The translations under genes and the position numbers were made by a program. 64,000 bases of DNA from an uncultured Bdellovibrio sp. (GTDB lineage: Bacteria; Bdellovibrionota; Bdellovibrionia; Bdellovibrionales; Bdellovibrionaceae). The stretch spans positions 62,775-126,774 of the forward strand of contig CAWVRN010000009.1 of NCBI GenBank assembly GCA_963932905.1, read 5' to 3'. Below, one piece after another: positions 31,057 to 39,632 of the stretch; positions within the stretch are counted from its first letter, which is position 1; each line of letters begins with the position of its first letter. The notes beneath the pieces are model-generated. The model was given only the letters and a program-made list of their open reading frames with translations, did not search any database and had not been told where the DNA came from.

Positions 31057-32081
31057 AATATTTAAAGAATAAAAAACAAGTTTTAGTTTCTATTTGTTCG
31101 TTGTTCCTAACTCTAGGACTAAGCGGCTGTTTATTCGAAAGTTTTATGGATACTGGATTGGATTTACATGAGGAATATCCGACCATCTTAATTGCCGATG
31201 AAAATTACTTATATAAAGCCGCCTTTTCGAATCCTGGATCTGGAAACAAAACACGAATAGAAAGAACGGATATCAAAAACGGACAAAGTGAAATTTTGAT
31301 TGGTTCAGAGGAAATTGGATTTGTAAATGGAACTGGTACTTCAGTTCGCTTCGAAAATATTTCTGCGATGGTCAAAGTTCCAAATTCAAATTTGATCTAT
31401 ATTGGTGATAAATGCACAATTAGAAAATTGGATATTGCTTTGTTATCAGTGAATGTGGTTGCAGGATCAAGTACTAACTGTGTCGCACAGAATGGAATAG
31501 GTACATCAGCGTATTTTTCGACAATAAAAGGTCTTGTCGTGAAAGATAACTTTTTATTCATAGCAGACAATACGGCATTAAGAAAAATGAATCTAACCTC
31601 ACTTGAGGTGACTACAATTGCCGGTTCGCTCAGTGCGTCTGGAGATACGAACGACACCGGTACAAATGCAAGATTTGGGTTAATTGGAGATTTAGCTCTT
31701 ATACAAGATGATATATATTTATTGGATCTGACCTATTCGAAAATAAAAAAAGTTTCGTTGGCAACCAGTCTCGTAACCACTTTTATCGGAAGTGGAACAT
31801 GGGCATCAAAAGATGGAGTCGGTTTAGATGCCCAAGTTTATTTTAACACATCTCGAATGTCTTCCGATGGAGTTAACTTTTTATTTTTTACTGAGGACGT
31901 CGCCATTCGAAAAGTTGATATTTCTAAGCAGGAAGTAACAACTATCGTGAAGTTTGACGACGCAAGGGAAGATATCGATGGTTCTATTAGTACGGCAAAA
32001 AGTTTTTTCCCTTCAGGAATTGTTTATACAAATGAAGGTCTTTTCTTTTCCAATTATTCTGGCATCCGAAGATTAAGATAA
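31053..32081 (+). CDS. NHL-repeat lipoprotein
   Basis: Lipobox LSGC; repeats GFVNGTGTSVRF, QNGIGTSAYF and DTGTNARF; ATGA overlap with the upstream gene. Confidence 0.8.
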   Translation: MKYLKNKKQVLVSICSLFLTLGLSGCLFESFMDTGLDLHEEYPTILIADENYLYKAAFSNPGSGNKTRIERTDIKNGQSEILIGSEEIGFVNGTGTSVRFENISAMVKVPNSNLIYIGDKCTIRKLDIALLSVNVVAGSSTNCVAQNGIGTSAYFSTIKGLVVKDNFLFIADNTALRKMNLTSLEVTTIAGSLSASGDTNDTGTNARFGLIGDLALIQDDIYLLDLTYSKIKKVSLATSLVTTFIGSGTWASKDGVGLDAQVYFNTSRMSSDGVNFLFFTEDVAIRKVDISKQEVTTIVKFDDAREDIDGSISTAKSFFPSGIVYTNEGLFFSNYSGIRRLR

Positions 32082-32299
32082 CAGGAATAAAAAATAAAAC
32101 CATTTACCTCTGTAATTTTCAAATTCGAGTGAGTCAACGGGTAGATATTGCGACATATGGTGTTTCGAAATGAGTCTAAGTTTTTCTTAAAAATTTTATT
32201 TTCCGTCGATAACTTTGGCACTTTTTGCATTTTCAACCAAGTTGATACTTAATTAAATTTGTTTACCGTCTTGTAGAAGAGGGAGCTTATAATAAGGCT

Positions 32300-32869
32300 A
32301 TGAGGAATAATCCAATGCTAAATAAAACAAAGTCTTTTCTTTTAGTTTTCGCCCTAATTTCAACGTCTTTAACATTGAGTTCTTGTCGTTCTTCTTCGTC
32401 CAGCGATCCAGCAGAAAATGCCAATGGAACTTTAGAGAGTGGAAACGAGGACCATATAGTGGGATCTGACGCTGCATCTTATTATGAGAAGGAGGATGCT
32501 AATAATTCTTCGTCAAGTAAATCTGAAAATGTGGGATATACACTGGATAAAGTAGGTTTAGTAATTCACGGCACATTTGCTGACTCCGCGGGATCTGTTT
32601 CTAATGATTTTTATAAATTTAATACGGGAACGTTTAGCAAAATCAATGTGCAAGTGTACGTTGACGGAAAAAAGGAAACAGAAGCAAATCACCTAACAAC
32701 AATTTCCCTAAATGCGGCTGTTGATGACGGTTACTCGACATTGATGGGAAATGGTTATTTTATTCGTGGTTGGATTCAGCCATCAAAAGAATGGTTGCTC
32801 AATATTCTTCCTCCCACCGGCACGCCAGCCTCACAGAACTATACCATCGAACTAATTGGCGTTGATTAG
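32300..32869 (+). CDS. Hypothetical lipoprotein (possible PPC-like beta-sandwich)
   Basis: Lipobox LSSC; DFYKF...NYTIEL pattern. Confidence 0.65.
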   Translation: MRNNPMLNKTKSFLLVFALISTSLTLSSCRSSSSSDPAENANGTLESGNEDHIVGSDAASYYEKEDANNSSSSKSENVGYTLDKVGLVIHGTFADSAGSVSNDFYKFNTGTFSKINVQVYVDGKKETEANHLTTISLNAAVDDGYSTLMGNGYFIRGWIQPSKEWLLNILPPTGTPASQNYTIELIGVD

Positions 32870-32885
32870 AAAACTCATCTCCCGG

Positions 32886-33144
32886 GAACTGGCTCCTTAG
32901 CTTGCGGCTAAGAAGCTAAAATCTATTGGAAAGACAGTTGTTTAGTTGAAATTTAAAAGCGCTGTCTTGAAACAGTTTTTCAAAAAAAAAATATTATCCG
33001 AATTAACTCGTAATACATTCGAGTTTCGATCCCTCAAAAAAAGCGAGCGTGTTGAATCTTTCTGGATTTTAGATAGCACGTTTTAAATTCACTTGATTTG
33101 GCGATATTTTACTTGGCCTTAGCCGCAGGCTAAGGGGCCAGTTC
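32886..33144. mobile_element. 259-bp MITE/REPIN-like element with 27-bp terminal inverted repeats
   Basis: gaactggctccttagcttgcggctaag (32886-32912) and cttagccgcaggctaaggggccagttc (33118-33144) differ by 2 mismatches; non-coding. Confidence 0.7.
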
Positions 33145-33243
33145 AGAGTGACCTTGCTATGGGCTTGCAAAGTGCCGTTTTTGGGCCTAAGTGGCTAAAT
33201 ATAAACAGGTGAAATTATTTAATCACTATTTTATATTCCGACA

Positions 33244-33990
33244 ATGCGAATGTTTGTTGATTTATTAATAGGGCTTTCCTTTCTGTTGATGTCTTCAACG
33301 GCTACTGCGGATCAGGCATGCTTAGGGTTTTATGGGCAACGTCCTGGTCCTAATTTAGGATTCAATGCAATCCAAGACTCAGCCAAGCTAGAACGCATTT
33401 TATCTAACCACAGTGCCAAAGCCCATGCGGAAGCTGAAATCGAAGCTCAGCGACTTATTAACGATTTTAACGGCGCTAATGAGCGCGTAAAGTTTATGAG
33501 AAGATCGGGTAGGCATGCCCTTGTTGGGGTGGCTTGGACGGGGTATTTATTGGCCTCCCTTTATGTTGGTGGTATAACTGTGCCTGCGCTGCGCGATGCT
33601 GGCCATGTGAATTTCTTGACCCTACATTATTCTAATTTCTTTGAAGGGTTTGGCTTTATGGGGGCATTCCATCATACGGTTTGCGCGGGTGCGACCGCGT
33701 GTATGGCACTTGTCAGTCGGATTCAGCCGACATTGCGGAGTAAAATAGAAGGCTATGTTCGTTCCGTGCATCGATCGATCTCTGCCAAGAAAGGGTCTTT
33801 AAAGTTAGCTATTCCAAAGTACGAAATAGTACCGTCCGTTTTAACTATGAGCCTCTTTACCGCAGCTAACAGCTATTTTGAGATTTTTGACCACAAAGGT
33901 GATTGGACTGATTTCTACGTGGGACAAACGGGTTTAATTTTATACTATGTGACCAAAGCGATGGTCGCTAGTCATCACAAATTCGGATAA
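33244..33990 (+). CDS. Hypothetical secreted/membrane protein enclosed by long inverted repeats
   Basis: Signal peptide followed by CLGFY; several hydrophobic helices; the stop codon lies inside the downstream repeat. Confidence 0.7.
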   Translation: MRMFVDLLIGLSFLLMSSTATADQACLGFYGQRPGPNLGFNAIQDSAKLERILSNHSAKAHAEAEIEAQRLINDFNGANERVKFMRRSGRHALVGVAWTGYLLASLYVGGITVPALRDAGHVNFLTLHYSNFFEGFGFMGAFHHTVCAGATACMALVSRIQPTLRSKIEGYVRSVHRSISAKKGSLKLAIPKYEIVPSVLTMSLFTAANSYFEIFDHKGDWTDFYVGQTGLILYYVTKAMVASHHKFG

Positions 33991-34097
33991 TAATTTTTTT
34001 TGAAAAACTGTTTCAAGACAGCTCTTTTAAATTTCAACTAAACAACTGTCTTTCCAATAGAATTTAGCTTCTTAGCCGCAAGCTAAGGAGCCAGTTC
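33980..34097 (-). repeat. Inverted near-identical copy of 32886-33004 (about 118 bp)
   Basis: The reverse complement matches 32886-33004 with about 4 differences. Confidence 0.92.
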
Positions 34098-34203
34098 TTG
34101 AACAATACATAATTCTATCAAAAAATCTCAAAATGTGTCGTTCCAATCGATCTATTCTGATTTTTTCCGATCATATGATAGAGTTGTCATTGGGGTACAT
34201 AAA

Positions 34204-35994
34204 ATGAAATTCAAGCCCGTTTATCTGCTTTTGATGAGTTCGATGACGACCTCTTTATTTTTTTTTCAAAACTGTCGAATTAATCAGGGGTTTGAAAGCG
34301 CGAATATGGTTGGTTCGGTGGACCACGATTCTAAATCAGATGAGACTTCTGATGAAGGAACTGGTGGCGATTCAATTATGTCATCTGATCCAGGAACAGG
34401 TACGACAGGTCAAACCGGCCAATCGACTGATTTAATAGCCAAATCAGCACCCGGTTTTCCAAAGGTCGATGTTTGGCCGCCGCCCATTGACTATGGTGAG
34501 TTTAATTCAACAGGTTGTGCCGGACCGCTTATTGGTTCTAGTCGGACACTTAATGTTGGGCCAGGACAAACATATGCTGAATTAACAGATGTTCCTTGGC
34601 TAAGCTTGGGTGCCGGTGATGTGGTAAATATTTATTACCGCGACATAGCCTATAAGACTAAATTTGGAATTATTAGCGTCGCTAACGCACAAAAACCATT
34701 CATTATAAATGGTGTTACTAATAGTTCATGTTTAAAACCGGTACTTGATGGACAAGGTGCTGTAACCGCGACTGACGCTAGAGCAATGAATTTTGGGTCC
34801 GACATACAAGAATCGGGACTTATTACAATTCATCGTCCACCGAATACAACTGGAACCCATAAAGCGAAGTATATAATCATACAAAATTTAAAAATAGTAA
34901 ATGTAAGATCAGGTTCGACATTTAAGAACAACATGAATTCAATTCAGAGCTATGGCATATTTTCGGCTGCTATTTATTCCCCACGAGTTGACTACTTATA
35001 TATAAAAAATTGCGAATTTTTGAACAATGCTCAAGCTCTATTTACGAACTCAAAGGGCGGAAGTGAGATCGATTTTAGTTCATACTTGATACTAAGAGGA
35101 AACTATGTTGATGGCAGTGGTTACAATGATGATGATCATGAACATGGCGCTTACACCCAAGGCTATCGGACATTGATCGAAGGAAACTACTTTGGACGTG
35201 CGCAAGGTGGTTCTTCAGTAAAAGATCGCAGCAGTGCCACCGTGTTTAGATACAACAAAGTCGATGTGAGCGCGCGAGGACTGGATCTGGTAGAAACAGA
35301 AGAGGAGTATTTTAATAATGTTAAATCTGATCCTCTGTATCACCATGCATGGGTTTACGGGAACTTGTTTACAAATGACAATAGTTCGCCGAACGGTTTT
35401 TCAATTAGAATGATTCATTGGGGGTTTGATAACTCTTCGGCCCATGCTCGCACAGGAACTCTTTATTTCTATAATAATACGATCCTTAACAAAGGAACAG
35501 ATCCGACCGGAAGCTATTGGTATGCAAGTGTGTTTCAAATGGGTTCTGGTGGTTACAATGCTGACAATCCTTCCAATTACCAAATAAATGCTTGGGAAAA
35601 TGTATTTACTAACGAGGCTATCAGTACGGGCTATGGTAAAGTTGAATTTAGACTGTTGTGGGATCTGGGTAAGGTGAATTTCTTTGGTACTAATTATTTA
35701 ACTTCCAACTGGAAGAGGCCAACAGATGGTGTCTTGATAGAGAATAGCAGCAGTATTATTGAAAGTTCGGCAGGAGTTATTGACCATGGATCGCTCTCTC
35801 CACTTTTAGGAAGTCCTATTTTAAATAAAGGGATAACGTATAATCCAACTTTTAGTGCACATACAGGTATATCTGGATTTTCAGCTACCAATCTTTTACA
35901 TAATTCTGAATTTGCAATGGGTAGTAATAGAATTCCATATATTAAGGCAAAATTTTTGAGCGGATTAAGGGATCTTGGCGCACTTGAAAAATAA
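34204..35994 (+). CDS. Right-handed beta-helix (pectin lyase-like) putative polysaccharide-degrading lipoprotein
   Basis: FFFQNC lipobox; NVGPGQTY..L.DVPW.SL.AGD.V.I; Asn-ladder repeats; HEHGAYTQ, KDRS. Confidence 0.7.
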   Translation: MKFKPVYLLLMSSMTTSLFFFQNCRINQGFESANMVGSVDHDSKSDETSDEGTGGDSIMSSDPGTGTTGQTGQSTDLIAKSAPGFPKVDVWPPPIDYGEFNSTGCAGPLIGSSRTLNVGPGQTYAELTDVPWLSLGAGDVVNIYYRDIAYKTKFGIISVANAQKPFIINGVTNSSCLKPVLDGQGAVTATDARAMNFGSDIQESGLITIHRPPNTTGTHKAKYIIIQNLKIVNVRSGSTFKNNMNSIQSYGIFSAAIYSPRVDYLYIKNCEFLNNAQALFTNSKGGSEIDFSSYLILRGNYVDGSGYNDDDHEHGAYTQGYRTLIEGNYFGRAQGGSSVKDRSSATVFRYNKVDVSARGLDLVETEEEYFNNVKSDPLYHHAWVYGNLFTNDNSSPNGFSIRMIHWGFDNSSAHARTGTLYFYNNTILNKGTDPTGSYWYASVFQMGSGGYNADNPSNYQINAWENVFTNEAISTGYGKVEFRLLWDLGKVNFFGTNYLTSNWKRPTDGVLIENSSSIIESSAGVIDHGSLSPLLGSPILNKGITYNPTFSAHTGISGFSATNLLHNSEFAMGSNRIPYIKAKFLSGLRDLGALEK

Positions 35995-36079
35995 AACTCT
36001 TTATTCAGACGCTCTCCATCACCTACACGCCATGGAGTAGCACTGATTACCCTGATTTTGAACGAATGACCGCCTGATT

Positions 36080-36418
36080 TTAGCTCTTTTTTTCGAGCAG
36101 CTCGCGGGCGGTATTTCCAAAATGAGAACGGATGTCCAAATTTGCTCCTGCCCTTAAAAGGTGTTTGACCATTGTTTCGTTATTTTGACTGATGGCTATA
36201 TGAAGAGGTGTTTCACCCATTTCTCCGATTGCATTTATATCGGCTTCGGCTTCAATCAGGATAATTGCTCCTTCGGTATCGTTTTTCCACAAGAGCTTAT
36301 GAAGGGGAGTGTCTCCGCTAGCATCCCGGGAGGAAACAGTTATTGCAACATTTCCATTGTTATCGGGAAACATAATGTCCGATACCGATTCAAGTACGGA
36401 TGCTAAAGAACGTTTCAT
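36080..36418 (-). CDS. Ankyrin repeat protein
   Basis: GDTPLH and GETPLHIA repeats. Confidence 0.88.
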   Translation of the reverse strand: MKRSLASVLESVSDIMFPDNNGNVAITVSSRDASGDTPLHKLLWKNDTEGAIILIEAEADINAIGEMGETPLHIAISQNNETMVKHLLRAGANLDIRSHFGNTARELLEKKS

Positions 36419-36765
36419 TTTTTGTGCTTATGCGTTTGCGTGAGAGAGAGGACTAATCCAGGAGAGAAGCCGTGTCCACAAGACTCACAGCAAAGGTCCG
36501 TAAGAATCATGTCACCTTGGAGTTCGTGTTGTTTCATCTTAGTTCCGTCATTGAGACAATATAGGGGGCTCTTCAACCACGCTTGCTGAATCGATCGTTG
36601 AGTTGTCCCCTTGAAAAAAGAGTGGGTGATCATTTCAAGGGCTAATTGGCTTAACTTCATTTGCCCTGCCTCGCAGATGGCTTGTACCAAATTGTCAGCT
36701 TCGAATTTGACTTTCATTGCGAGTCCACACAATGGACAGTGGCACTTGCTTGGTTCACCCTTCAT
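36415..36765 (-). CDS. Hypothetical Cys-rich (zinc-ribbon-like) protein
   Basis: CPLC, CLND and CESC; 4-bp overlap with the ankyrin gene. Confidence 0.55.
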   Translation of the reverse strand: MKGEPSKCHCPLCGLAMKVKFEADNLVQAICEAGQMKLSQLALEMITHSFFKGTTQRSIQQAWLKSPLYCLNDGTKMKQHELQGDMILTDLCCESCGHGFSPGLVLSLTQTHKHKK

Positions 36766-36837
36766 ACTATGATTTTAGGAAGTTCGATATGAGGATGCAA
36801 CAACTAATTTAATTTAAAATACTTCCCCGTGTGAATA

Positions 36838-38484
36838 TCACTGAATACTAAAGTGTGATAAACGGCCATTGAAGTAAAGTAGTTTGGACCAGTTTGAATT
36901 GTGAATACTCAAGGCATAAGTATAAACTCCGGTTGAAATTGAAGCTGGCAATCTATGATTATGCCAAGAGATTTCTACAGGGGTATGGCGAACCAGATTC
37001 ATTTTCTGAGTCGATGAGTTGATAAGAGAACCTTTTGAGTCATAATAAAAAACAGTGATATTCGCGTCGTTAATATCATAGTTCGTTACTAAATTGAATG
37101 AAATCGACGTTTTTGATGTCACGATGACATGATTGACGTCATAATCCTTAACGACTTTGAATTTTTGGATATTGCCTCGATAAAATAATTGTTTCGAATA
37201 GTCAGAATTGTGTATTGTCATAGAGACGCTATAGGAACCGACTGGTAGTGTTGAAGGTAATTTATATCCCAGGGTATCCAATTGGACGATTTGATTTTTT
37301 TTAAACGAACCTTTGATGGCGTAACTTCCTGCCAACCGGCCGTTTATATCCGTGTAATAAAAAGTGGTTATGGTGTTGTCAAGACTATTGTTCGACTTTA
37401 CTTGCGCGGATAGGGTCAGTGGGAAGCCCGCTGATGGTTGGTTGTCGCTTAGGCTTGAATTTTCTAGACTCAGCGAATATCCAAAAAGTTTTTTAAATGT
37501 CGCGGACGAATTGGGAAAAAGTGAGGGATTCTTAGAATCACCGTACAATCGATGGTCACCATCAGATGCTAACTCAAAATAGCTATGATAAGCGATGTTG
37601 TTTATCGGATCATGTATATAATTATACATCTGCTCTATGAAGTAAGGATTATCCCCTCCCGCTCCGTAGGTATACTTTTCATCCCATACACCCCATTCTG
37701 GAATGGCCATCGGTTTTTTACGTAGTTGTGAAAAGTTTCTAATTCGATCTAGGTTAGATTTAATGGCGATCCAATTTCGCTTTTGCCTATCTAGTCTGCA
37801 TGTCGTATTGCAGCCGGTAGGGAAAGGGTAAGTATTTGAAGTGTACCAAACGTCATAGACGTCTGTTGAGATATAATCAACATAGCTATCGCCCGGGTAT
37901 GTCGCGTTTAACATGGTTGAAGAGGTGCCGGGAATAGGATTCCAATCAAACTTCCACTGTGCCGCTGGTTGGGTTTTTCGTAGGACATTTACAATGCGTC
38001 TATAACACTGGACAAACAACGATTCTTTGCCTTTTGCGGTCCAGGGATACCAATTGCCGCTAAATTCATGACCGACCCGGATTATGGCTTTATTAAAACC
38101 ATAGCTCATCAAGCTATTAGCTAGTGGTATCCACCTTGAGTCCAATTTGCCTGCAGCGCACTGCTCTAGGGTTTCTCCGGGACTCAGCATATGGGCTGTA
38201 TAATGGAGGTTTCTAGACTTTGAAAGGCTAGCCCATGTTTGCCAAGGTTTTAATTGCCATCCGATATTGTATGGCGCATTCCAGTTTATCGGCGAAGCCG
38301 AAGCCATCGCCAAATCAAAATTTCTATTTAACCAGGTTACTCGTTGTGTTTGCTGTAGCAAAGCACTTGAGGGCTCACCAACCGTCATTGAAAACAACGG
38401 TGCTGCTGTCGCGAATTGAGCTATGGAATAAATTGATACAGTAAAAACCAAATAAACTTTAGATAGCGAATCTTGACTCCCCAT
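36838..38484 (-). CDS. Secreted glycoside hydrolase family 26 with two C-terminal beta-sandwich modules
   Basis: IRVGHEFSGNWYPW (acid/base Glu), YPGDSYVDYISTDVYD and KPMAIPEWG (nucleophile). Start 38484 follows ggggga. Confidence 0.88.
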   Translation of the reverse strand: MGSQDSLSKVYLVFTVSIYSIAQFATAAPLFSMTVGEPSSALLQQTQRVTWLNRNFDLAMASASPINWNAPYNIGWQLKPWQTWASLSKSRNLHYTAHMLSPGETLEQCAAGKLDSRWIPLANSLMSYGFNKAIIRVGHEFSGNWYPWTAKGKESLFVQCYRRIVNVLRKTQPAAQWKFDWNPIPGTSSTMLNATYPGDSYVDYISTDVYDVWYTSNTYPFPTGCNTTCRLDRQKRNWIAIKSNLDRIRNFSQLRKKPMAIPEWGVWDEKYTYGAGGDNPYFIEQMYNYIHDPINNIAYHSYFELASDGDHRLYGDSKNPSLFPNSSATFKKLFGYSLSLENSSLSDNQPSAGFPLTLSAQVKSNNSLDNTITTFYYTDINGRLAGSYAIKGSFKKNQIVQLDTLGYKLPSTLPVGSYSVSMTIHNSDYSKQLFYRGNIQKFKVVKDYDVNHVIVTSKTSISFNLVTNYDINDANITVFYYDSKGSLINSSTQKMNLVRHTPVEISWHNHRLPASISTGVYTYALSIHNSNWSKLLYFNGRLSHFSIQ

Positions 38485-38508
38485 CGTTCCCCCAACGGTA
38501 CGAGCCTT

Positions 38509-38525
38509 TGCAAGGCATAGACCCA
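38509..38525 (-). promoter_or_regulatory. Putative sigma54 promoter of the GH26 gene
   Basis: The minus strand reads tgGGtctatgccttGCa (GG-N10-GC), about 25 bp before the start. Confidence 0.5.
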
Positions 38526-38652
38526 ATAAACACCGCAAAAATCAAAAGTATTCGATTTAAAAATTAAACTAGTGAAAATATGTTTAACATTTATTTAAAG
38601 ATGAAAAAGTTCGACATCAAATGATGTCTGTATACTAATGTCTAAAAGCGTG

Positions 38653-39438
38653 TCAAATGCCTTTGAAAAGCGAAATTAATATCTCAGCGCTAAGTCTCTC
38701 AAGATTTTTCTCATCTGCTTCCTGTGTTCGTCCATACGAATCAATGTAATCAACACTAAATTGGCCGTGCTCGTTTGCTTTGGCAGTTAAATGATGTCTC
38801 TTTTTTTCGGTAGTTACGAGGGAGCCAAATCGGGTTTCAATATAGATACGTATGGATTTGATTGATCCCGCGGACTGAAGACTTTTCAGATTGATATCAA
38901 TCGATGTTGCGACGGCGCCGGGCTCGTCAACAGTGCTATTTTCTGAACCTGCTAATATGTCGTTGATATTCGAAGTGGTTAAATTTATTCCTTTGTAGTC
39001 TTTGCTGAATATATTAGCGTTGTTTTGAAAATGGCATGCTTCAACGCCCCCTCTTCTGGCATCGATTAACATCATACACTGTAGCAATTGAAATTCGTTA
39101 TCTTGTTTATTGTAGCCCTGTTTGAAATAAATTAAATATGGCACTTTTTCAGGTTGCGCCATCGCCATAGAGACGCGAAGTGGAATTTTTCTACTTTCGA
39201 TGTACCCGAAACTTGTTAGCATTTTCTTGTCATTGCGGCATAACTGACGAACTATTTTATTCTGTTCATTTGCAGCACATTCAATCTTATCATAGTAACT
39301 GAGGGTCTGAGTCAGCATATCCTTATTTTTCGGACCCAAATTTAATTTATAGATCGAATCGTCAGTGGCCGCGAATAACGACGATACGCAGGCAGTAATT
39401 AGAAAAGCTAAAGAATAATTGAAAATTGATTTTGTCAT
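38653..39438 (-). CDS. Hypothetical secreted protein
   Basis: RBS aaagga; signal peptide; 261-aa ORF with no recognised motif. Confidence 0.7.
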   Translation of the reverse strand: MTKSIFNYSLAFLITACVSSLFAATDDSIYKLNLGPKNKDMLTQTLSYYDKIECAANEQNKIVRQLCRNDKKMLTSFGYIESRKIPLRVSMAMAQPEKVPYLIYFKQGYNKQDNEFQLLQCMMLIDARRGGVEACHFQNNANIFSKDYKGINLTTSNINDILAGSENSTVDEPGAVATSIDINLKSLQSAGSIKSIRIYIETRFGSLVTTEKKRHHLTAKANEHGQFSVDYIDSYGRTQEADEKNLERLSAEILISLFKGI

Positions 39439-39632
39439 AGTTTTTCCTTTGCTATCCGAAACTTCAAACCAAATTTAAATCTCTTTAAAATGACCTGATA
39501 ATTTCTCACACTGTTAACACACTAACTCTACCACCCCGTGTGATTGCAATCGTCAGGTCTTGATGAACTCTTATTTAATTGGATTCGATGGTAAAATGCT
39601 GTCTAAAGTAGACTCAATGTGACGTTTCTGGC

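Noticed and set aside
32978..33004. Inward-facing sigma28-like promoter (tcaa...ccgaat) in the repeat arms
   Set aside because: The spacing is shorter than the FliA consensus and differs between the arms; too weak to call.
32886..34097. CRISPR array or integron attC cassette
   Set aside because: The repeats are inverted and few, with no regular spacers, no cas or intI gene and no clear RYYYAAC/GTTRRRY ends.
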